The notes beneath the pieces are model-generated. The model saw nothing but the letters and a program-made list of their open reading frames with translations, ran no database searches and was not told where the DNA came from. A stretch of DNA of 64,000 nucleotides, from NCBI GenBank assembly GCA_040767085.1, contig JAXGPF010000010.1, positions 98,885 to 162,884 of the forward strand, read 5' to 3'. A program made the translations under genes and the position numbers. Shown here in pieces: positions 29,213 through 39,300 of the stretch (positions within the stretch are counted from its first letter, which is position 1; every line of letters begins with the position of its first letter). Source of the DNA: Kiritimatiellia bacterium (GTDB taxonomy: Bacteria > Verrucomicrobiota > Kiritimatiellia > JAAZAB01).

Positions 29213-29370
29213 GCCGGGGCGGTTGTGATATGTTGTGGCAAATTCCGTGCCGGCGTCATGCGCGGCGCGGCCAGGGGGGCCGAAATCCGGCCGCCGGCCC
29301 CGGCGCCTGCGGCCGATTCCAATGCTCACGGCAATCAATACTGCAAATCCGGCTTGAAATAAAGTAAAAT

Positions 29371-30708
29371 ATGCGTCCCCGCCGTTTTCATACGCCGCTG
29401 GCCTTGACCGCCGGCGTTTTAATCGTGCTGATAGCGCTACTGGCGGCCGGCAGCCTGCGGCTGCTGTTTCAACTCTATGAGCGTTACCTGCGTTCGGCGG
29501 CGACTTCTTCGGCGCTGCAATACGGCACGCTGCTGGCGCGCCGCCTGGCGCAGGAGGAATACCTGGCCCTGGCGCCGGTGTCGCCGGAAAGTCTGGAAGA
29601 ATTCCGGCGGTTGGCGGCATCGTTGCACAAGCTGGACCGCCGGCTCGAGTACGTGACGGTGCAGGAAGACGATCTGGTGCTCTATCACTGGCAGGCGCCG
29701 CTGGTTGCGGCGCCGCCGGATTCCGCGGCGGGGCCGGGGGGCGGGCGGATCGTGGTCAGTCCGCGCCGGCTGCATCTTGGCGCGCGCACGGAAGACGTGC
29801 TGGATTTTTCGCGGCCGCTGGGCGCGGATGACGCGGCCGGGCGCCGGCTGCGCGTGGGGTTGCAGAAGGAAATCCTGGAGCGCGAGCAGCAGGAATTGCT
29901 GGCGGCCCTGACGGCCATGTTCCGCTTTGCGATGATCATGTTGGCCGTGGCCTTCGGCGTTTGTCTCCTGGCAGTGCTGGTGTTGGTCTGGCGCGAGATG
30001 CGCTGGATTAACCGCCGGGCGGTCGAGGGACACCTGGCGTTTGCCGGCGCGGTGGCCGGCGCGGTGATCCACGATTTCCGTAATCCCATGTCCGCCATGC
30101 GCCTGGATGCGCAATTGCTCGAGCAGGAAGCCGGCCGCGGGGCCGCCGCCCGGGCCGATAAGCTGGGCGAACTTGCCGGCCGGGTTGCCCGGACACTGGC
30201 GCGCATGGATGAAATCCTCCGGGAATTCCTGGCGCTTTCCTGTCCGGACCGCCCGGGGCCGGAGTTGTTCGATCTCAATGCCGCGGCGGCGGATTGCGCC
30301 GATTTGCTGAAACTGCGGTTCGAACGCGCCGATATCCGGCTGGAAACGGCATGCGCGCCTGAGAAAATGACGGTGCAGGGCAACACCACGCAATTCAAAC
30401 GGGCTTTGTTGAATGTGTTGAACAATGCCGTCCAGTTTGCGCCGGCCGGCAGCCGGGTTGTGGTGCTGACCGCGCGGCATGGCCGCCAGGGGGAAGTGTC
30501 CGTTGCCGACGAGGGCCCCGGTATTCCCGCCGCCGAACGCAAGCGTGTGTTCGAAATGTATTACGGACGGCGGCCCGGCGGGACGGGCCTCGGCCTGGCG
30601 CTGGCGCGCGCCGCCGTCATGAACTGCGGCGGCCGGATTATTCTGACCGATTTGCCGGAAGGACACGGCTGCCGGGTGGTCATCCGGCTGCCGCTGGCGG
30701 ATGCCTGA
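29371..30708 (+). CDS. Membrane sensor histidine kinase
   Basis: Two TM helices; H-box HDFRNP; N-box NVLNNAVQF; DEGPGI; GTGLGL. Confidence 0.92.
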   Translation: MRPRRFHTPLALTAGVLIVLIALLAAGSLRLLFQLYERYLRSAATSSALQYGTLLARRLAQEEYLALAPVSPESLEEFRRLAASLHKLDRRLEYVTVQEDDLVLYHWQAPLVAAPPDSAAGPGGGRIVVSPRRLHLGARTEDVLDFSRPLGADDAAGRRLRVGLQKEILEREQQELLAALTAMFRFAMIMLAVAFGVCLLAVLVLVWREMRWINRRAVEGHLAFAGAVAGAVIHDFRNPMSAMRLDAQLLEQEAGRGAAARADKLGELAGRVARTLARMDEILREFLALSCPDRPGPELFDLNAAAADCADLLKLRFERADIRLETACAPEKMTVQGNTTQFKRALLNVLNNAVQFAPAGSRVVVLTARHGRQGEVSVADEGPGIPAAERKRVFEMYYGRRPGGTGLGLALARAAVMNCGGRIILTDLPEGHGCRVVIRLPLADA

Positions 30709-30713
30709 CGCGA

Positions 30714-31832
30714 TTACTCCAGCAATTCCACCGCCGCGTAGTCGGCAAGTTCACGCCCCCGCCGGGTCAGGCGCCAGCGCCCCCGGCGCCGGCGTGTCAG
30801 ACCGGCGCGCGTCAAACGCTGCAAGACCGTCTGATGTCTGGCGGTAGCCAGGCGGCAACTGACGCCTTCCGCCAGGCGCAAGCCGAAAATCAAGCGTTCC
30901 GTGCGGGCGAGCGCCGGCGTGAGCTGCTCGGATTCCCGCGGCGGTGTCCCGCCGTTTTCCAATGCCGCCAGGTAGGCGGGCAGGTCGGGACGGTTTTGCC
31001 AGCGGGTCCGGTTGACATGCGAAGCCGCGGCCGGTCCGAAGCCGAGGTACTGTTTCCCGCGCCAGCAATCCAGGTTATGGCGGCAGGCGCGGCCGGGGCG
31101 GGCGTAGTTGGAAATCTCATAGCGCGCAAAGCCCGCGCGGCGCAGGATTTTTTCGGCCGTATCCAGGGCCGCCAGTTGGGCATCGGCGTCCGGGAGCCGG
31201 ACGGCATGGCGGCCGGCCAGTTGGGCCAGGCGCGTGCCTTCCTCCATGGTCAGGGCATAAACGGATAGATGCGCCGGCTGCAGGTCCAGCGCGCTATGCA
31301 GGCTCATCCGCCAATCGCGCGGCGCAGAGCCGGGAATCCCGGCCAGAAGGTCGAGATTGAAATTGACGATGCCGGCGGCGCGGATGGCCGCCGCGGCGCG
31401 CGCAATGTCGGCCGCGCCATGCCGCCGCCCAAGCAGTTGCAGTTCATGGTCGTGGAACGATTGTGCGCCCAGGCTGATGCGGTTGACACCGGCGGCGGCC
31501 ATCCGGCGCAGCCCCGCGGGCGTGATGGAGCCGGGATTGGTTTCCACGCTCCATTCCGCGCCGGCGGATATGCTGAAAGTCGCACGCAGCAAACCGGCCA
31601 ACTCGTCCCACTGGGCGGGCGGCAGCAGGGAGGGCGTGCCGCCGCCGATGTAAATCGTTTGCAGGCGCGCGCCGCGCCAGGGCTGCATTTCGCGCGCCAG
31701 GGCCCGGAGCCAGCGCGCGGCGGTTGCACGGGCGTAGGGCACGGAATAAAAAGCGCAGTAATGGCACTTGCCATCGCAAAATGGTACGTGCACATAAGCG
31801 CCGCGGACGGCTTCAAGCGCTGCGGAGGGCAT
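30714..31832 (-). CDS. hemW: Radical SAM heme chaperone HemW
   Basis: YVHVPFCDGKCHYCAF, GGGTPS, SLGAQSF, YEISNY. Confidence 0.92.
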   Translation of the reverse strand: MPSAALEAVRGAYVHVPFCDGKCHYCAFYSVPYARATAARWLRALAREMQPWRGARLQTIYIGGGTPSLLPPAQWDELAGLLRATFSISAGAEWSVETNPGSITPAGLRRMAAAGVNRISLGAQSFHDHELQLLGRRHGAADIARAAAAIRAAGIVNFNLDLLAGIPGSAPRDWRMSLHSALDLQPAHLSVYALTMEEGTRLAQLAGRHAVRLPDADAQLAALDTAEKILRRAGFARYEISNYARPGRACRHNLDCWRGKQYLGFGPAAASHVNRTRWQNRPDLPAYLAALENGGTPPRESEQLTPALARTERLIFGLRLAEGVSCRLATARHQTVLQRLTRAGLTRRRRGRWRLTRRGRELADYAAVELLE

Positions 31833-32652
31833 CCAATTGCTCCAGCACGGTTTCCGGAATCCTGGTTTCGCCGAATCCAGAACCGAGCTTGATATCCGGC
31901 ATCGGCGCGCCGTGGAAATCAGTGCCGCCCGTCATTGCCAGGTTGAGTTCCCGGGCCAGCGCCTGGTATTGTTTCATTTGGCGGGCATTCTGCTGGGGAT
32001 AGTAAACCTCGATGCCCTGCAACCCGTAGCCGGCAAGTTCGGCGACCTGTTTGGCGAGGGCCGGCTTGCCCAGGTTGAGAGTGAAGGGATGCGCCAAAAC
32101 CGGGATGCCGCCGGCCCGGCGGATTAATTCAATGCAATCGCGCGGCGAAAGGCGGAGGCGGTCGGCATAGCCTTTGCGGCCCTTGCCGAGGTAGCGGTCA
32201 AACGCCTCCTGGCGGGTGGGGACGTACCCGCGGGCCACAAGCGCCTGGGCAAAATGCAGCCGGCCGATGTTATCTCCGCCGGCGTAGGCGGCGACTTCCG
32301 GCATGGTAAGCGCCAGCCCCATATCGTTGATATGTTTGAGAATTTCCGCGTTGCGCGCCACCCGCCCGGCCCGGATTTCCCGCAGGCGCGCCGTGAGTTC
32401 CGGGTGCTGCAGGTCAATGAAATAACCGAGCACGTGCATTGTGCTGTCCTTGAATTCCGCGCTTAATTCCACCCCGGGCACGCCGCGGACTTGCGCGGCG
32501 CGGCAGGCATCGAGGAAACGCGGCACGCCTTCGATGCTGTCATGATCGGTGAGGGCAACGGCGGAGAGGCTGGCGAAGGCGGCTTCCTGAGCCAGTTGCT
32601 CGGGAGTAAAGCTGCCGTCGGAAAAGGTGGAATGGGTGTGGAGATCAATCAT
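31813..32652 (-). CDS. PHP-domain phosphoesterase (TrpH/YciV-like)
   Basis: DLHTHSTFSDG, ALTDHD, GVELS, LAHP, GGTDFHG. Confidence 0.92.
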   Translation of the reverse strand: MIDLHTHSTFSDGSFTPEQLAQEAAFASLSAVALTDHDSIEGVPRFLDACRAAQVRGVPGVELSAEFKDSTMHVLGYFIDLQHPELTARLREIRAGRVARNAEILKHINDMGLALTMPEVAAYAGGDNIGRLHFAQALVARGYVPTRQEAFDRYLGKGRKGYADRLRLSPRDCIELIRRAGGIPVLAHPFTLNLGKPALAKQVAELAGYGLQGIEVYYPQQNARQMKQYQALARELNLAMTGGTDFHGAPMPDIKLGSGFGETRIPETVLEQLDALRSA

Positions 32653-32792
32653 GGTGTCCCGGTTTCATGGCCGCGCGCAGTTATACCGCCGGTCAGGGCG
32701 GAAATGGATCAAACTGATATTCTGCCGGAAATTATCCGGAAAACAAGCAAATTCGCCCGGTAAACTTGATCGGCCTTGTCCGGCAATCCGGG

Positions 32793-32906
32793 GCTGCGTC
32801 ATTCTCGGCGGCTCGCCCGGAGGTCTCGCCCTACCCACGACAAATGCTTGTGAAACGGTAGGGCGAGGTCTCCGTACCGAGCCGTCTGTTCTGAGAATGA
32901 CGCAGT
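32793..32906. repeat. REP doublet (REPIN-like) long hairpin, GTAG-type
   Basis: cggctcgcccggaggtctcgccctacc ... ggtagggcgaggtctccgtaccgagccg, with outer arms ctgcgtcattctc/gagaatgacgcag. Confidence 0.75.
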
Positions 32907-33022
32907 CCGCCAATCCGGCAAGCCCGAAATATATGCTTGAGTTTGCAGCAGTTTGGAATTAGTATTATAACATTTCAAGTCAAGTGAATGGTCGGGTGTT
33001 TGCAATTGACGGCTCTACCAAT

Positions 33023-34093
33023 ATGAACAACCGGAAACGAATTCCCGCGCACCTGCAGATCCGCACAACCCTGAAGGAGGAAATCCTCGACGGCAAGCAT
33101 GTGGAGCTTTCGGAAAGCCTGGTGATCCACCGGTTCAGGGTGTCCAGCGCGACGGCCCGGCGGGTGTTGAATGACTTGGCCCTGGAAGGTTTGTTGTCGC
33201 GCCAGGTCGGCCGGGGCAGCATTGTGCGGCAGCCGCAGGACCGGGACTTCCGGGAGTATGGCGTGGTTTTTTTTGACGTTTTCGATCCGCACGATTTGTT
33301 CATTGCCGAGATTGTCCAGGGGATTGAAGAACGGGCCCGCCCGAAAAAGCACCATTTACACCTGTTCACCACGCGCGGCCGCCAGTTGGATGGCAACGGA
33401 ATGTCTTCCTTGCCCTACCTCGTGACGAGCCGCAAGATCAACGGCATTTTTGTCTTGTCGCCCCTGGACGCCGATGCCATCCGGTTTTTCCTGGATGAAC
33501 GCCTGCCTTGCGTTTGCGTCGGCAATCATTATCCCGGTTTGCGGGCGCCGTCGGTGCTGTTTGACAGCCGCCAGGCGATGCTGGATGTATGCCGCCGTCT
33601 GTCGCAGGATGGGGCGCGGCGCATTGCGGCCATCGTGCGGTGTAATCCGCAGCCGGATGTCGAGCGCACCTGCGATTTTATCGCGCGCGCATATTATGAA
33701 TACTATGCCGAGTGCAAAATACGCCCGGAAGTGGCCTGGTGGCAGGCGTTGGCGGATGAGCCCGGCGCGGCTTTGAGCGCGATGCGCGCCCTGTCCAATT
33801 TGCCGGCGGCGCAGCGTCCGCAAGCCCTGGTGGTGCATGGGCTGAATTTATCGGCCGGGGTGGCCGAGTTCCTGGCGCACAGCCGCGATTGGCAGCCCGT
33901 TCAGGTGCATTTTACCGACCGGCGGGAACATTATCCCAATCTGATCACCGCGCCCTATCGCGAAGAAGGCAGGGCGGCTTTCGATTTGATGGAGGATATG
34001 TTGGTCCGTCCCCGCCAGCGGACGGCGGCCGCGCCGGTGTTATTGCCGATGGACATTCACTGGCAAGTGGCCGCCGGCGCCGCCGTGGGATGA
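33023..34093 (+). CDS. GntR-HTH / LacI-type ligand-binding transcriptional regulator
   Basis: SES..RFRVSSATARRVLNDLALEGLL.RQVGRGS followed by a periplasmic-binding-like domain. Confidence 0.85.
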   Translation: MNNRKRIPAHLQIRTTLKEEILDGKHVELSESLVIHRFRVSSATARRVLNDLALEGLLSRQVGRGSIVRQPQDRDFREYGVVFFDVFDPHDLFIAEIVQGIEERARPKKHHLHLFTTRGRQLDGNGMSSLPYLVTSRKINGIFVLSPLDADAIRFFLDERLPCVCVGNHYPGLRAPSVLFDSRQAMLDVCRRLSQDGARRIAAIVRCNPQPDVERTCDFIARAYYEYYAECKIRPEVAWWQALADEPGAALSAMRALSNLPAAQRPQALVVHGLNLSAGVAEFLAHSRDWQPVQVHFTDRREHYPNLITAPYREEGRAAFDLMEDMLVRPRQRTAAAPVLLPMDIHWQVAAGAAVG

Positions 34094-35131
34094 GTCCGCC
34101 GGCGCCGCGGCCAGACGCCGATCGGCCGGCGGTTGGCCATCCTGGCGGTTGCATTCGGCGCAGGGATTAACTTCAATGCTGACGTGGCGCAGGTCCGGAA
34201 AGGTCAGCAGCCGGGCGCGGTAGTCGGCGGGAGCGCGCGCCTGGCCGGAAACCAGGCTGATAATGGCCGCCTGTTCCGCGGCGCCGACGCGCCAGACATG
34301 CAGGTCGGTGACGATGCTGTCGCCGTCGCTTTCGATGGCGCGGCGGATGCACTCCGTCTCAGCGGGATCCAGGTCGCTGTCGGTGAGAATCCGGCCCGTA
34401 TCCAGGGCCAGGCTCCAGGCCCAGCGCAGGATGATGGCGCCGCCCACCAGGCCCATCAGCGGGTCGGCCCGAAGCCAACCCCATTGCCGCGCCGTCAGCA
34501 AAGCGGCGATGGCCAGCACGGAGGTCAGGGCGTCGGCCAGGACGTGGAAATATGCTGCGCGCAGGTTGTGATCGCGGGGCGGGTGGAGGTCGTGATTGTG
34601 CGGATGGCCGCCCGGACCGTCCGGCCGGCCCAGCAGCCAGGCGCTGGCTATATTCACGGCCAGCCCGATTAGGGCGACCGCCAGCGCTTCGTTGAACCGG
34701 ATTGGCGTGGGGGAAAGCAGGCGCAGCGTCGACTCCCAGAACATCAGCAAGGCGGCGCCGCCAAGGATGATGGAACTGCCGAAAGCGGTCAGGATGCCGA
34801 CTTTGCCGGTGCCGAAGGTGAACCGCGGATTGCGGGCTTGGCGGCGGGCAAAGGCAAACGACGCCCAGGCAATGCCCAATGCCGCTGCATGCGTGCCCAT
34901 GTGCCAGCCGTCGGCCAGCAGCGCCATCGAGCCGGTGGCCCAGCCCGCGGCGATTTCCACGGCCATCGCGGCAATTGTCAGGCCGGTAACCCAGGCCGTG
35001 CGGCGCTCGCCCTCGCGCTGAACAGCGCTGAAGGCATGCGAATGAATCAGTTCGGCCACCGCGTGGGAGTGGCGCCGGCGTTGGCCGCGGGGCGTGTCGG
35101 ACTGGGCCGTCTTGGTTGGCGGGAGTTCCAT
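34040..35131 (-). CDS. dmeF: CDF family Co/Ni efflux transporter (DmeF-like)
   Basis: SMALLADGWHMGTH, His-rich loop, NLRAAYFHVLADALTS, DLHVW. Confidence 0.88.
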   Translation of the reverse strand: MELPPTKTAQSDTPRGQRRRHSHAVAELIHSHAFSAVQREGERRTAWVTGLTIAAMAVEIAAGWATGSMALLADGWHMGTHAAALGIAWASFAFARRQARNPRFTFGTGKVGILTAFGSSIILGGAALLMFWESTLRLLSPTPIRFNEALAVALIGLAVNIASAWLLGRPDGPGGHPHNHDLHPPRDHNLRAAYFHVLADALTSVLAIAALLTARQWGWLRADPLMGLVGGAIILRWAWSLALDTGRILTDSDLDPAETECIRRAIESDGDSIVTDLHVWRVGAAEQAAIISLVSGQARAPADYRARLLTFPDLRHVSIEVNPCAECNRQDGQPPADRRLAAAPADSSHGGAGGHLPVNVHRQ

Positions 35132-35281
35132 CGTGCAGTCAATATAGCGGATTACCGGCTGAAAGCAAGCGCATTGCCGCCGCTCCCTTCAGCATGCGCC
35201 AGGCAGAATTTCAATGGACATGATTAGATGGATCGCGGTATATTCCACGGATAAGGAATATCTTTTTATCGGAGGGTTGTA

Positions 35282-36319
35282 ATGAATCGCCGCGAGCGTT
35301 TTTTGGCCGCGATCGAGCGGCGGCCGCTGGACCGCCCGCCCGCCTGGCTGGGCTTGCCCGTGCCGGACGCCCTGCCGGGGCTGCTGGCGTATTTCAAGGC
35401 CGGGGATTTGGTCGAATTGAAGCGAATCCTGGATGACGATGTGTTTCCGGTGGAGGTGCCTTACAATAATCCGCCGGCCAACCACATTGCCTGTGCGTTC
35501 GATTTTGCCGCCGGCGCGCCTGGCGCGGGCACTACCGACGAACGCACCCTGACTGCCCCGGGTTTTTTTGCCGGCTGCTCGACGCCGGCGGATGTCCGCA
35601 AATTCGACTGGCCCGATCCGAAACGGCACATTGATCCGGATGCCTGCCGCCGGGCCATGGATGCCGTGCCCGCCGGGTACGCCACCCTGGGCATGCTGTG
35701 GTCGGCCCATTTCCAGGATGCCTGCGCGGCCTTCGGCATGGCGGAGTCGTTTGTCAAGATGATTACCGAGCCGGCAGTTTACCGGGCCGTGATTGACCGG
35801 ATTACCGCGTTTTACCTGGACGCCAATGAAATCTTTTACAAGGCGGCGGGCGACCGCCTGGATGCCGTATTGATCGGCAACGATTTCGGCACGCAGCGCG
35901 GATTGATGGTCGCCCCGGACCAATTGCGGGAATTCGTCCTGCCCGGCGTCAGGCAATTGGTTGCGCAGGCCAGGAGCCACGGAATCAAGGTCATCCACCA
36001 TTCCTGCGGCTCGGTGTTCGAGATCATCCCGGACTTGATTGCCGCGGGGGTGGACGCCATTCATCCCATGCAGGCGCTGGCGCGGAACATGCAGCCGGAG
36101 TTGCTGGCCCGCCGGTTCGGCGGCCAGGTGTCATTCTGCGGCGGCGTGGATGTGCAGGAATTGCTGGTGCGCGCCGGGCCCGGGGAAGTCGCGGCGGCTG
36201 TGCGCAATTTGCGCCGCCTGTTTCCGACCGGTTTGATAATATCGCCGAGCCATGAAGCCGTTTTACCGGACGTCAAACCGGAGAATTTGGCGGCGATGTT
36301 TGCCGCGGTCCGCAATTGA
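35282..36319 (+). CDS. Uroporphyrinogen decarboxylase (URO-D/CmuA-like) family protein
   Basis: MNRRERFLAA, GNDFGTQ, HHSCG, GGVDVQ, SPSHE. Confidence 0.85.
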   Translation: MNRRERFLAAIERRPLDRPPAWLGLPVPDALPGLLAYFKAGDLVELKRILDDDVFPVEVPYNNPPANHIACAFDFAAGAPGAGTTDERTLTAPGFFAGCSTPADVRKFDWPDPKRHIDPDACRRAMDAVPAGYATLGMLWSAHFQDACAAFGMAESFVKMITEPAVYRAVIDRITAFYLDANEIFYKAAGDRLDAVLIGNDFGTQRGLMVAPDQLREFVLPGVRQLVAQARSHGIKVIHHSCGSVFEIIPDLIAAGVDAIHPMQALARNMQPELLARRFGGQVSFCGGVDVQELLVRAGPGEVAAAVRNLRRLFPTGLIISPSHEAVLPDVKPENLAAMFAAVRN

Positions 36320-36391
36320 AACCGAACCTGAACCAGGGAGATTGATCGGATGACAAGAAAGAATGAAACTGCCGGCGCCAGTGCCGACATC

Positions 36392-39300
36392 ATGAAATTG
36401 CTCCATTATGCCGTTTGCGGATTGGCGCTGCTGGCCCGGCCGGGATTTGCCGGTGCGGAAGAAGCCGCCGGATCGCTGCGCTTCGATTTCAACCCGGCGC
36501 ATGTCGTCCGGCCGCAAAAGGACGCAGGTCCGCAACTGTTTACGCTGGCGATCGAAAAATGTCCGGCTGCTCCCAGAATTGACGGAGCGCCGGATGATCC
36601 CTGCTGGGCCGCTGCCGCGGAATTGACGGATTTCGGCATTCCCGAGCCGCCCACGCGCGCCCGGATTTGTTATGACGACCGGGCGCTTTACTGCTTTGTG
36701 CGCTGCGAAGCGCAAAAGGGCCGCGCGCCGCGGGGCGAGCCGCGCGCGCGGGACGCCGGAATGCGCCAGGATGACAACATCCATATCGTGGTCAGCCCCG
36801 GCGTCGGTGCGGACAAGGAACATTTCTTCCGGATCAATCCCGCCGGATCGATTTACGATGCGCGCATGGGCGACGAGTCGTGGAATCCGGAGTGGGCACA
36901 GGCGGTGCAACGCGATTCATCCGGCTGGCAGGCGGAGGTCGCAATTCCATTTGCTGCGCTGGGCCTGGGCGCGCCGCCTCCGTCGCTTGGGTTTAATATC
37001 GGACGCAGCGGGCCGGATTTGATGATGCGCGCCTGGTATATTACCTTGCATTCCTCCGCCGCCGGCAGCGCCTTGATCCTCAAGGGCGCGGGGCCGGACA
37101 CCGCGGCGGACGCGGCAGGCGCCCAAGCGGTTCAAACGAGCGCTGATCTGACGGCGGAAGGCGCGGGATTAGCCGTGGTCTTGCCGCGGTCATTCGCGCG
37201 GCCGCAGGATCGCTGGATTGATGCCGTTCTGCAGCTTGCGCCCGGCGGCGCGTTGAAGGATACCCGGTTGACGGCCAGCCTGTTCGCGTTGGGCGGCCGC
37301 GAGCCGCTGGCGACCGCGTCCATTGTGCCGGAGCATGACTGCGGCTTGTTTTCGGTCGATCTGCGCCGCCATAATCTCGCGGACGCCGAAGTCAAGCTGG
37401 AATATACGATCGGTGAACGGCGGCTGGGGCTGGCCAAGATGTTTTTAACCGCGCAGGCCGCCGAAATTTTGCCGGCCGGCCGCAAAATTCCCGTTCAGCT
37501 TGACCTGCCCGCGGGCCTGGAACCTGTGGAGGGCTGGCCGGTGGTGTTGGGTGTGCCGTTTCCGCGCGGCGCCCTGTGGGATGCCGGCAAACTGCGCCTG
37601 GTGGACGACGCCGGGGCCGAAATCCCGTGTCAGAAAGAAATTGTCAGCCGGTGGGCGCGCGAAGGCTCGGTACAATGGGTGCGGTTCGACGCATTGGTGA
37701 ATTCCGGCCAAGGTTGCTGGGTGGAAACATCCGCGTCCGGCAAGGTGCCGGCGCAGCCGGTATCCGTGCGGGAAGCTGCCGGGCAATGGATCATTGAGAC
37801 CGGCGCGGCAAAATACGTGCTGGCGCGAGGCGCATCGCCCGTTGCCGAAATATGGTCGGACGGGCGCAAGATCGCCGCCAGCGCCGGAACCCGCGGGTTA
37901 TTCGTTATTGACCAAAACGGGCAGGTCGCCAGCGCGGCGGCGGAAGGCGAAACCGTGGCGGTGGAGGCGGCCGGGCCGGCGGCGGCCTGCGTGCGTTTCG
38001 AGGGTTTTTACCGCACAGTGGATGGCGTCAACCTGGCGCGTCACATTACCCGGGTGGAAGCGTTTGCCGGCCAGCCGTTCGCGCGCGTTACCCATACCCT
38101 GGTTTTGAGCGAAGACACGCGCAAGGTGTGGTTCCGCGAAGCGGGCTGGGAGTTTGCCGTCGCGCCCGGCGCCGATCCGCGGGCGGTGTTCAATATTGAC
38201 CGGGAAGATTCCAGCCGCGTCGCGGAGCAGCGCCTTGCCGGCGCCGCTTCGGCCTACATGCTGCAAGGCGAGCATGAACGATATGGCGCCGGCACCAACC
38301 GGTTTGTCGTGGCCGCGGGCAATCAAATCCTGGCTGAAGGCGCGGAATGCGGCGACTGGGCGATGCTGGCCGGGGAAGCCGGCGGCTTGTTGGCGGCATG
38401 CAAGGAAGCCGCCCGGCAGCATCCGAAAGAGTTTGAAATGCATGCCGATCGCCTGGCGGTCAAATTGTTCAGCAGCCGCGCGGGCGAGGAATTGGAATTT
38501 GCGCCGGCGAAGCTGGCGCAAAAGTGGAATCTGCAAGGCGACATTGCGGCAGCCGTGAATGCGGTGGAAACGGATGCCGCCGGCTGGTCCAAGACACACG
38601 AACTGATGCTGGCCCCCTTGCCGCCAACCGGGGCGGTTGACCGGGCGGCGTTGCTGGCGCGGCTGCATTCTCAGCCGGTTTTCGCGCTGGTGGATCCGGA
38701 ATGGATACATCAGAGCGGCGCCATGGGGCCGCTACACCCTCGGGATACCCGGCGATTCCCCGCGGCCGAAAAAGCGATCGAGTATGTTTTTGGGATTTGG
38801 AGCCGCTTCGGGCATGAACCCGGCCATTACGGTTTTGTGGATTACTTTGCCGGGCCCACTTACAATGGCAGCTCCGGTCCCTGCAGCGCCCAGCGTTATC
38901 GTTTTACATACGGACTGCGTTCAAGCATCTGGCTGGTTTACGCCCGATCGGGCGACCGCGCGGCGCGGATTTTTGCCGAGGGCTCCAACAAGGCCTACCT
39001 GGATAATTATCTCGCCCATTGGGACGTGCCCGGCAAAGTGCGCGGCATCTTCACCGCCAGCGGCGGCAAGCCGTTCGCCCAATTGCCTTTCTACTGGGGC
39101 AAGGGCAGCAGTTTCAATATCAGCAGTTCCACCGATTTGAATCAATTCTTATGGCTGTATTACCTGACCGGTTACCGCCGGGCCAAGGATGCCGTGGCGG
39201 AATTCGGCGAGGGCCTGAAACGCGGCTGGCAGCCCGGGAGGCGGGATTGGCGGCCGTTGATGGTCTTCCGGACGCTGACCCAATGTTACGGATTTACGTG

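Noticed and set aside
29371-30708. Orphan histidine kinase as a novel system
   Set aside because: Orphan kinases are common; nothing else unusual.
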